From contig CAWGMQ010000010.1 of assembly GCA_963823665.1 (NCBI GenBank), positions 1,024,001 to 1,088,000 on the forward strand: a DNA stretch of 64,000 nt, in the 5' to 3' direction. This DNA is from an uncultured Planctomycetota bacterium (GTDB lineage: Bacteria; Planctomycetota; Planctomycetia; Isosphaerales; Isosphaeraceae). Each line of letters starts with the position of its first letter. Within the stretch, counting starts at the first letter, position 1. Of the stretch, positions 1 to 8,621 are shown piece by piece. The notes under the pieces were generated by a model. It was given only the letters and a program-made list of their open reading frames with translations, did not search any database and had not been told where the DNA came from. The position numbers and the translations under genes are program-made.

Positions 1-328
1 CGGACCCTCGGGCGATCACCATCGGCGCGAGTATCGGCTGCTCGAGCTGCTGGGGCTTGATCTCTGCATAAAGATGCTGATCTTTTTGGTGTAACGTGAT
101 GAATCCCTCGTGCTTCGTTGCCCCTTTGGTCAGATCTGCGAAGTTCTGAAGCCGGGAGGGCTCAGCGCCGCGAGCGCCTGGCCTGGTGAATTGCCTGATC
201 TCGAATGCCGGCGGCTCGGGCTCGGCCGGGTCTTGCATGGGAAACTCGAAAGCGGCAGACGATCGCGTGCTGCACACGCCCAGGACCAACAGAAAGCCGA
301 TTTGTGTTAAATATGATCGCATCGTCAT
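1..328 (-). CDS. N-terminal part of a secreted protein, probably a DUF5117/DUF5118-type zinc-dependent metalloprotease (runs off the window edge)
   Basis: Not in the ORF track. Manual translation from ATG 328 gives MTMRSYLTQIGFLLVLGVCSTRSSAA (signal peptide) ... NFADLTKGATKHEGFITLHQKDQHLYAEIKPQQLEQPILAPMVIARG, which resembles the DUF5118 N-terminal segment. The frame is open to the edge. Confidence 0.6.
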   Translation of the reverse strand, partial: MTMRSYLTQIGFLLVLGVCSTRSSAAFEFPMQDPAEPEPPAFEIRQFTRPGARGAEPSRLQNFADLTKGATKHEGFITLHQKDQHLYAEIKPQQLEQPILAPMVIARGS

Positions 329-466
329 TGCCTTGTCCTTGCTTGGAGCTGCTCTCAAGAATGGCCAGGAATAAGGAACCCGGCCGGACCGTGGCAGGTT
401 CTCCCGAATAGGTTGAGTTTATTATCCAGCAGAGAGCAGTCGTCTGACAAGCGTCTGTCACCCATT

Positions 467-2932
467 TCAGGGACGCACCGCAATATTGAAGCGTTGGGTC
501 GTCGTGCCCAGCGACTCCTTGCCGGCGGAGACAACCTTCTCGATACCCCATCCGAGGGCGGCCGCGTCCAGCTTGCGGGCTTCGTGCTCGAGAGTCGCGG
601 AGACAACGACCTCGGTCGTGCCCGATTGATCGGGTGTTCCCGAAAGAAGGCCGCTCGCCGGATCGATCGAAAGCCACCGTGGTCCTCGCTCGATCGTGAA
701 CCGAAGGCGCTCGACATCCCAGAAGCTCATGGTTTCCTTGCCGTTCACGACCCGGGTCCGCAAGTCGCCGAGCGATCGGATGGCCAGAAGCGGATAGCGA
801 TAAGCGGCCCCCTTTGTTGCCAAAGTCACTGGCGCGCTGACCAGGAGCGGGCGCGGTGCAGCGGCGTAGTCGGAAGGCCCGCTGCGATTATGGACGTCAT
901 CGACGGCGACAACGCGGTAGAAGGCCTTGTTACCTTCAGCCGGCTTCACACCGGGGCCCAAGACCTCTAGCTCGGTGCTCGAGGTCTCGGCGACGAAGTT
1001 CGCGGGGAACTCCGATGGCAGATCCCGAGATACGCCCACGGTGACCTGGTAGGATGTGTCGCTTGCGGAGAAGCCCTTCTCGTCGCTGGCGTAGACGCGG
1101 TATGCCACGGGCTTGCGGCCCATGGGATTTGGTGCCCAGCGAAGGACGCCGCGAGTTCCGTGGGGTTCAACTTCGAGGCGCACGCTGTGCGGAGGAGCTG
1201 GTCCGCCCGCGGTGAACGTCCAGGTTGGGCTCCAGGGTCCCCAGACGCCCTGGCCGTCTTTGGCACGCACATGCCAGTAATACGTGGTGCCGGGATTGAG
1301 CAGGCCGGGTCCCGGCAGGGTATAGCGAGGATGGCCGGATAGGGCGGTGCGGGAGATGAGCTTGGCGAAGCTCATCGAAAGCGGCCACCTCATGTCGGCG
1401 CGCGAAGAAAGCTCGAAGTGGTAGTCGGCGATCTGGTCGCCGTCGGGATCGGCCGCGGGGCGCCATTGGAACGCAATCGCCGTGCTGGCGGTGGTTCCGC
1501 CGGAAGCTGGGAAAGTCGGTTCGGCAGGCACCTCCGGCGGCCGGCTCGCGGATCGCTCGACCCAGTGGTGCGTGATCTGGACGCGCCGGTCGCCCGGCGA
1601 CTCGTCGGCGTAAGTGAACGTGTTCGAGCCGATGCCCATCTCTGGCAGAGTGAGCGGGGCCATCTGGAGGTCGTTGGTGATCGAGAGCCGCCCCAATCGT
1701 GCGGCTCCGGAGAGCTCGCACTTCAGGAAATAGCGGTACCGAGCGCGTCCGCCGGGAGGGAAGAGTGCGTCGAGATCGCGATCGATCGTCTGCCACGAGC
1801 TTCCGTCCCACGAGAGCTTGAACGTCGCGCCGGCCGCTTGGGCGTCGAGCCTTCCGCCGACGATGACGTAGGGGCAGGCGATCGGCCAGACGATCGTGCC
1901 GGTTTTGCCTTCTTCCGGAACGAGTGCGCCGCCTTGCTCGCGGATGGATTGAACGCTGTCGGCACCGGCGCGCCAGGACGGATCGTTGAAATCAGGGCGG
2001 TATTCCCACAGACCGTTGCAGATTCTGTCGGGGAACCTGGGCTGGCTCGAGCCGTGGTACTTGATCGGACTGGAGTGGCCCCAGCGCCAGACGATCGCTT
2101 CGTGGGGTCGCAACGTCATGTTCATGGACGAGATTGCCGAGTTGCGGTCGCCGGTCACCGGGCCTTCGAACACATAGATGGAAGACTCCCACTCATCCCC
2201 GGAACGGCGATCGGGCTGCAAGACGCCCTGTGTGTGGGTGCGCCGGATCAAATCGTGGTCGCGCACCAGGTCTTGCTCGCCGGCGACGGTTTCATTGTCG
2301 CGCAGGAGGTAGATTGAGTGCATATCCCCGTCAAAAAGGTGCCAGGAACCGTTATAGAACACCTGGGTGACGCAATGGCCCACCAGGCGTGCGGGTGCAA
2401 CCTTGAAACCGGCGGTCTTCCACAGGCCGGCCAAAGCGATGGAGTCGTTGCCGCAGGTGTTGTGGCCATAGACGTTGAAGACTTTGACGGGATCGAGGAG
2501 CTCGTCGTTATCGCCTTCCCAGTGGAAGCGGTGCTGGATTTGTTGCCACCAGAGCGCGCGGGCTTTGTCGCTATCGGTCATGCCCGGCTGGATGGCGCGG
2601 CTCACGATGCGATCGATGGTGCGGAAGTCAGCTCCGGCACGCGTAATCCAGGGATTCACGACGTTGGTCTTACCGACGTTTTCCATCCGGACGGAGCGGT
2701 TTGACTCCCACGTTTGCTCGAAGGGTTGCCAGACACCCTGGGGCGAGCGGCAGTTGCGGCCGTCCATCGTGCCGTGCTGAACGACGCGGTAGTCGACGCG
2801 TCGGCCGTTGATTTCTTGGACGTGCGTTTTGGCGATGTCGCTGGGGTGATGGTTTGAGGCCCACGGCGCCAGAGTATCTTCGGGTGTCTGGCACAGAAGG
2901 AGAACGAACAAGGGCAGCAGTGTGAACCCCAT
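467..2932 (-). CDS. Secreted multidomain protein: transglutaminase-like (Cys-His-Asp) domain, Fn3-like domains and a C-terminal putative Ig domain
   Basis: Start MGFTLLPLFVLLLCQ (signal peptide) lies within ORF 467..3130. Motif GHNTCGNDS...GHCVTQVFYNGSWHLFDGD; Fn3-like YYWHVRAKDGQGVWGPWS; Ig-like WLSIDPASGLLSGTP. Confidence 0.7.
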   Translation of the reverse strand: MGFTLLPLFVLLLCQTPEDTLAPWASNHHPSDIAKTHVQEINGRRVDYRVVQHGTMDGRNCRSPQGVWQPFEQTWESNRSVRMENVGKTNVVNPWITRAGADFRTIDRIVSRAIQPGMTDSDKARALWWQQIQHRFHWEGDNDELLDPVKVFNVYGHNTCGNDSIALAGLWKTAGFKVAPARLVGHCVTQVFYNGSWHLFDGDMHSIYLLRDNETVAGEQDLVRDHDLIRRTHTQGVLQPDRRSGDEWESSIYVFEGPVTGDRNSAISSMNMTLRPHEAIVWRWGHSSPIKYHGSSQPRFPDRICNGLWEYRPDFNDPSWRAGADSVQSIREQGGALVPEEGKTGTIVWPIACPYVIVGGRLDAQAAGATFKLSWDGSSWQTIDRDLDALFPPGGRARYRYFLKCELSGAARLGRLSITNDLQMAPLTLPEMGIGSNTFTYADESPGDRRVQITHHWVERSASRPPEVPAEPTFPASGGTTASTAIAFQWRPAADPDGDQIADYHFELSSRADMRWPLSMSFAKLISRTALSGHPRYTLPGPGLLNPGTTYYWHVRAKDGQGVWGPWSPTWTFTAGGPAPPHSVRLEVEPHGTRGVLRWAPNPMGRKPVAYRVYASDEKGFSASDTSYQVTVGVSRDLPSEFPANFVAETSSTELEVLGPGVKPAEGNKAFYRVVAVDDVHNRSGPSDYAAAPRPLLVSAPVTLATKGAAYRYPLLAIRSLGDLRTRVVNGKETMSFWDVERLRFTIERGPRWLSIDPASGLLSGTPDQSGTTEVVVSATLEHEARKLDAAALGWGIEKVVSAGKESLGTTTQRFNIAVRP

Positions 2933-3044
2933 GATCTTCTGTTCCCGGGAAAGCACGGTTGGCTGACAAAACTGTGGACGCGACGAAGAACGCACACATT
3001 GTATCCCGCCGGCTGTGCACAATCGCAGTCGCTCGACCGGACCA

Positions 3045-3127
3045 CTCTTGCTCCTAATCTTAATCCTAATCCTAATCCCAATCTTGATCCTGCTCCCGCC
3101 CTCCACGTTCAACCCTCCTCCCTCACC
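3045..3127. repeat. Degenerate hexamer tandem repeat (CTCTTG CTCCTA ATCTTA ATCCTA ATCCTA ATCCCA ATCTTG ATCCTG) followed by pyrimidine-rich heptamers
   Basis: Directly visible: 8 hexamer units at 3045-3092, then loose 7-mers. Confidence 0.8.
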
Positions 3128-3133
3128 CACGAG

Positions 3134-3704
3134 TTCGTTTTGTAAATTCGTCGCGCGTCCTTACGCCACAAGGAGTACGGGAACTAAACAGCATTCCTCC
3201 CCCCCTGTGCGGGAGGTGCCACCGCAGGCGGTGGTAGGGGGATCGCGCAGGGAAGACCGCGCAGCCCAGCTTCCCCGCGCGGTGCGTTTCCGTCTCGCCT
3301 GACTGTCCCGCCTCATCTCCGTGACCTCGGGTACGCAGTGGTTCAAATTCTGATGCCCTGTTGCCGGAAACGATAGACATTGACGAGGAGGTAGGAAAGC
3401 AAAGGGAGCCGCGCTTCGCGCCAGCATCGCGCGTCCGCTGATTCTCCCCTCTGTAGTAATATGCGACCAGTTTCGACGCTCGGCAGCGAAAGCCTCCAAA
3501 AAAAGTGCAATCACTCAATTCACACGGCTGCAACGTCAGGAGTTACGGCTTTGCGCGATTCTTTTGTTATTTGTGAACACGCGGTTAATTGTTAACACGC
3601 GGCCGGCTGGATCCGATCCCCATCGGAAAGATCCCGGCAAGTCTCGCCCTGGGTCCGAGGACGCCAGAACCAAATAGCAATGGAGTACGTCGAATCCTCG
3701 CGAT
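3134..3704. repeat. Non-coding dispersed element, copy A
   Basis: Collinear with 4480-5072. Shared blocks: TTCGTTTTGTA..CCTTACGCCACAAGGA, TCCAAAAAAAGTGCAATCAC, TTTGCGCGATT, TTGTGAACACGCG, and a 65-nt core (3607-3671) that is 64/65 identical. Confidence 0.9.
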
Positions 3705-4206
3705 GAACCTCGAAGGCACTGGGTCCACGTAGAGACCACGCTGTTTCGGTGTGCCAATCCGATGCCCCCGGGGTCGTCGCGCGATCAAGCTCGCCACTGA
3801 TCCGATGGCCGCGCCTTTCGCTCGTTGTATCCGCATCGAAAAAAGCCGTTCCAACATAGTGAACAACCCGGTCGCATCCTCGTGGCAATTTTGGCGTGGC
3901 ATTGCCATGAGTTTTTCTCAATCGCCTGAAGACCCACACGCTAGCTCCGATCCTTTGATTCTGATTGGACATACGGAGCGACCATTCCCTCTGCAGATGA
4001 CTGTTCTGACGATCGAAAAATGGCAATAAGTGGCAATTTCCAGAGGGCCTTCAAGCATCCGTACACCGGTGTAAATTGGCCGCTTTTCAGCACCGGCCAG
4101 TGGCCGTCTTCCGTCCGTTGTCGAAGCTCGCGCAATGCAGTTGGAATCATGGTCTCTTCCCAGAAGGAATGGATTTCGACAACGGAGCGCACCGTGATGT
4201 GTCCGA

Positions 4207-4229
4207 GTAGGTCAGGCTTTCAGCCTGAC
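4207..4229 (+). repeat. GTAG-type REP-like palindrome GTAGGTCAGGCTTTCAGCCTGAC
   Basis: GTAG followed by the hairpin GTCAGGCT-TTC-AGCCTGAC. The same family recurs at 16970-17013. Confidence 0.75.
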
Positions 4230-4420
4230 GCTCTTCAAGATCACCCTTTCGGCCTGAGACGCGAACGATTTGCTCCTCGACTTCACGGTTGTTGGAATCG
4301 GTCCCGGCGGTTTCCGCACCGCCCGCCGGTGCGCACGCACGGCACCTATCTAGATGATCTACAAAACCCCAGATCCATTTGCGCCGAAGATGTGGTATTC
4401 GTCCATTTCGAGCGAGATTC

Positions 4421-4462
4421 CTCCACTCTCCGTCCACCGCCCCCCGTCCTCCGTCCTCCGCC
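4421..4462. repeat. Heptamer tandem repeat, 6 units of consensus CTCCGTC
   Basis: CTCCACT CTCCGTC CACCGCC CCCCGTC CTCCGTC CTCCGCC. Confidence 0.85.
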
Positions 4463-4479
4463 CTGATTTTCGAGGTGAT

Positions 4480-5072
4480 TTCGTTTTGTATATTCGTCGT
4501 GCGCCCTTACGCCACAAGGATTAGGGGAACCAAATAGCACTCCTCCGAAAAGGCCGTTGAGAACCCCAACGCGAATCCTACCCCCGGCCAAGACGGCCTG
4601 AAAGGCCACGACAGCAAAGCCCAGGGCAACCGCCCTGGGTTTCCTGATTCGCCTGCTCGGAAACAGGGCCACCACCCAGGCGTGATCGATCGAGAAGGTC
4701 CATTCGGCGAGAGTATCCCAGGTGCGACTCGTGTTGTTAACGAAGAAATCGAATGATGCGTTGTTTGCGGAAAGGATGGACATCGACGAGGTGGTCGGCC
4801 CCCGCGCTCGCGCAACATCGCGCGCTCGATCTGTGTTGCCTGATATTATTATGCGACGAGTATTGTCATTTCGCAAAACCAGCGTCCAAAAAAAGTGCAA
4901 TCACCCAACCGACACGCCTGCAACGCCACGAGTAACGGTTTTGCGCGATTTCTTTGTTAATTGTGAACACGCGACTGGATCCGACCCCCATCGGAAAGAT
5001 CCCGGCAAGTCTCGCCCTGGGTCCGAGGACGCCAGAACCTGATAGCAATCGAGTACGTCGAGTCCTCGCGAT
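4480..5072. repeat. Non-coding dispersed element, copy B
   Basis: Collinear with 3134-3704; the core is at 4975-5039. It carries a different palindromic insert (CCCAGGGC-AACC-GCCCTGGG at 4620-4639). Confidence 0.9.
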
Positions 5073-5204
5073 ACCCGCTCGATACAGCCAGAGGCGCTCG
5101 CGAGGAGGCAGGGCCGTAGCCCGTAGAGCGGCTTCCCTGCTAACATCGGACAATCCTCGGCGGGCCAGCCCGCTGAGCTGGCTCATTCGGCGGCAGGAGG
5201 CGGA

Positions 5205-5684
5205 ATGGATCAACTCTTTCTGAACTCGGTTGGCTTTCCCATCCGCAGTGGCGCCTTGTCTCGTAACCGGGACGAGGCGGGCGTGCGTAGTTGGTGTATC
5301 GAGATCCACTGCGAGGAGTCGCCGCAGTTGGACTATCGCAACTGGCCGGACGACAGGGAGGAAGAAGAGTTGGATTGGCTGGCCGGCGAGGAGCCGTACC
5401 TCTATGCGCAGATGTTGCCACTTCCGGCGGACTCGCCCGACGAGTTGGTGGGCCGGACCTTCTCGTTCCCTCAGTCCCCGGACGAGCCAGCGGACTGGGA
5501 TCGGGGTGTAGGGTGGCTCTTCTTCGGCGTGTACCTGTTCGAGCACAACCTCGTATACCCGACAACCATCGACTTCACAGAGCGGCAGGAGCAGCGGATT
5601 CGGGTGAAGATTGCTAGCTCATACCCCGTCGGTCAGGGGCACTACGAGCTTCGGGCCGAGGCGTGGCTGGACTGGGTCGAGTAA
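5205..5684 (+). CDS. Hypothetical acidic protein (159 aa)
   Basis: Good RBS (AGGAGG) before the ATG and a globular-looking composition. No family recognised. Confidence 0.75.
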   Translation: MDQLFLNSVGFPIRSGALSRNRDEAGVRSWCIEIHCEESPQLDYRNWPDDREEEELDWLAGEEPYLYAQMLPLPADSPDELVGRTFSFPQSPDEPADWDRGVGWLFFGVYLFEHNLVYPTTIDFTERQEQRIRVKIASSYPVGQGHYELRAEAWLDWVE

Positions 5685-5727
5685 CCCGCGGAGCTCCACC
5701 CATTTTGATCGTGATGAGAATTCCAAA

Positions 5728-6030
5728 CTACGGCCCTGCCGTCGCCGACGGCAGGATGGAATCGACCGCGATCTCTCCAAGGATTTGCCCGTTGATCACG
5801 ACTGGCACCGATTGCCCGGGTTTGAAGTCCATTCGCGACCGGTAGAAACCAGGGCCGGCGTCGGTGTAGACCTCGATCTGCCGATCGACGAGGTTGATAT
5901 TCCAGTGGACAGGAATGCCGCCCCTGGCATAAGCGGGGAGCTTTTTATTCCGGTCGCGATCGAGAGTCGTCAGCGACACCTCGATCACCAGGCCCACGTC
6001 ATCAGGCTCGGGGATCCTGTGCTCGCAGGC
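5728..6030 (-). pseudogene. C-terminal fragment of a Uma2-family (PD-(D/E)XK) endonuclease
   Basis: PEPDDVGLVIEVSLTTLDRDRNKKLPAYARGGIPVHWNINLVDRQIEVYT. The N-terminal half is missing; the 5' boundary is approximate. Confidence 0.7.
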
Positions 6031-6160
6031 GTCACACTGGTCCTCGGCTCCATCGTTACCCAGGAAATCATCGGAGAGGTGAATTCGCGGAGCGAGCAGG
6101 GCAACCCCGGGTCGCAGTAAGAGCCTCGCGCTCCCGGGACGTCCGGCGCGAACCCGAGCC

Positions 6161-8020
6161 CTACGGCTTCTCCGGCAGGGCCAGGGCCAGCGCCGCGGTG
6201 GCCCAGCCGCTCGCGGCCACGGCGATGAACTGGTCCTTACCGTAGGGGAAGCCGCTCTCGAAGTAGAGCTGGAACGGGTTGCTCCGGGAGGCGACGAACC
6301 AGGTGCCGTCAGCCTTCTGCGTGCGCAGCAAGAATGCGACCCCGCGCCGGTACGCCGGATCGTCGGTCGCCAATCGGCCGGCCTGGTGCAGCGCCACCAG
6401 CGCGGAGCCGGTGGCATACGCATCGCTTGTCAGCTTGTCGGTCTGCGCCCAGCCCCCGTCGTTTCGCTGGGCCGCCAGCAGGTCCCTGCCGGCGACCTCG
6501 AGCTCGGCGGGCGACGCGTCGGCATACTTCAGGCCCCAGAGCCGGAAGACGCGGTCCTCGGTGTCGACCGGGCTGCTCGCGGCCAGCCAGGCGCGGGCCC
6601 GGCGGGCCCGATCGTTCACGGCGCCGGTCCGACTCTTGGTGCTGTAATACCGCAACGCCCGGAGCGCCAGGGCCGTGGCCGTGAAAGGGCTCGCCTCGAT
6701 CGGCGGACGCCGCGAGGTCTCGGTCCAATGGTCGCGATCGGGATCGGACTTCAGCAGGTATTCCGTCACCACGGCGGTGACCTCGTCGGCGGGACTCCCG
6801 GCGGCTTCGAGCGTCCATAACGCGTAGGCCGCCCGGGTCGCCCCGCCGGGCTGCCCGCGCCCCTTGCGATACTGCCCCAGCGCGCTCTCGAGGTCGGCCA
6901 GCGTAAGGGCCATCGTGCCCTCGAAGGCCTCCTCATCGATCGCGAGGCCGCGGGTGCGGGCGATCTGCAGGGCGACGAGCGGGACCGCGTGATTGTGGCA
7001 CGAGAAGCAGTCACGCTTCTCGGCGTAGACGATCAGGCCCTTCTGCAACGGCGGCAGGGCCTTCGCCACCCCCGCCCGGATCCGATCGGGCGTGGCATCA
7101 TCGGGCTTCGCGACCTCTCCCGGGTCCTTCCCGGGCTCGCGGGCCTGGGGCCGGTCCGTCACCGCTGTCGCCGCGGTGCGGTCGAGATGTCGCAGTCGAT
7201 CGAGTCCGGCGGCGGTGATCTTCGTGTCGTCGTGCTTCAACCGCTTGAGGTGCGGGAGCGACTCGAGCGCGACGAGGCCGGCGTCGGTCACCCGGGTGCC
7301 CTTGAGGGAGAGTTCTTCCAGGTCAGTCAGTCCGACCAGGTGGGCGAGGCCCGCGTCGGTGATCTCATTGCCATCGAGCGCGAGCCGCCGCAACCGAGAG
7401 AGGCCGCGCACGCTGCGCGAGCCCCGCGTCGGTGATCTTCAACCCGATCAGGTCGAGCTCCTCGAGACTCGCCAGGTTCGCCAGGGCCGCCAGCCTGGAA
7501 TCGGTGAGATCCAGCTCGACGAGGCTGAGCGCCTTCAGGTGCTTGAGCGATGCGAGATGGGACAGCCCCGGGCCGGACACCTCGCACGAACCCACGAGCA
7601 GCTTCTCCAGGCCACTCATCGTCGCGACGTGCTCGAGCCCTCGATCGGTCACCCTGGTGTCGTAGACGACGAGGCTACGCAAGCCCCCCCCTCGCAGCCG
7701 GGCCAGCCCGGCGTCGGAGATCCGCGTCTGGGTCAGGTCGAGGGTCCGCAGCGACGACAGGCCGCGCAGCTCGCCGAGCTGATCGTCCGTGACGCGCGTC
7801 GTGTTCAGCCGGATCTCGACGATCGGCCGCCCGGTCGCCTGTTCGTCAAGCCGGACTTCGCCGCCCAGTCGCGCGACCAGCGCGACGGCGCGATCCCGCA
7901 CGGGATCGCCGCCGGGTGGGCCGGCTTGCACATCCCCGGGGGTCGGGCAAACGAGGCGCAGAAGATCGGGATGAGCCCGCCAAGCTGCCTCAGACCGCCC
8001 GCGAGCCGCCAAGTCCTCAT
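6161..8020 (-). CDS. Leucine-rich-repeat protein fused to a prenyltransferase/squalene-hopene-cyclase-like repeat domain (frameshifted near 7413 and 7935)
   Basis: LRR units LxxLDLxxTxITDAGL in ORFs 7365..8063 and 6161..7411. CFSCHNH motif; QW-like repeats QRNDGGW and QKADGTW. Confidence 0.75.
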
Positions 8021-8621
8021 CCCGTCGCTCATACGATGGCCTCCGCCGATGGAGACATGTCACGAAGATTCATCTCGCAACCGTATGGGACACTGTTCGG
8101 CCGCGGTTTGCAAGGGGCGATGGGCGGGATTCCGCTCTGACCCGAAGATCAATTCGCGAGCGTCCGGAAGTGGAAAGTGTCGAGGTCGTCCGCCCGGCGC
8201 AGGATCCGGATCGGCGGCTCGTCCGGCCGAATCTCCAGGTTTGCCGCGACGGAAGGCGAAATCGCGTTTTGACCCGATTGTCCAGTAGCGAGCCGCGCAC
8301 CCACCGAAAACCGAAACGCATCCCGCATTCCGGGCACCGCTGCCGTCTGAGACTACAACGCAAGGCATGAACGGACAATGCGTTGCAATTGATCGCGTCG
8401 TGAATCGCCGACTCGCGAAGCGCTGCAACTCGTCGACTCAAGCGGCCGGCAAACGGCCTCGTGATGCGAAGTCGCGACACGACAACACCGCTCATCCGTT
8501 TAGAACGTACTACGCTAGATGCATCGCGCGTGCGCGGCCGAATGCTTGAAGGTCGCCGCCGGACGCCGCGGGTTCCGACGACCAGGGCGCAACAGGCTTG
8601 GCTGCCTCGAGGAGAGCAACG

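Noticed and set aside
2933..3130. N-terminal extension 'RIKIGIRIRIKIR' of ORF 467..3130
   Set aside because: It is a translation of the hexamer repeat. The signal-peptide start at 2932 is more plausible.
3134..5072. CRISPR array or IS element
   Set aside because: There are only two long copies, with no regular repeat-spacer periodicity, cas genes, transposase or terminal inverted repeats.
8161..8600. Known riboswitch (e.g. c-di-GMP-I, suggested by GGCAAAC at ~8448) upstream of the lysozyme-like gene
   Set aside because: The remaining consensus elements could not be found by eye.
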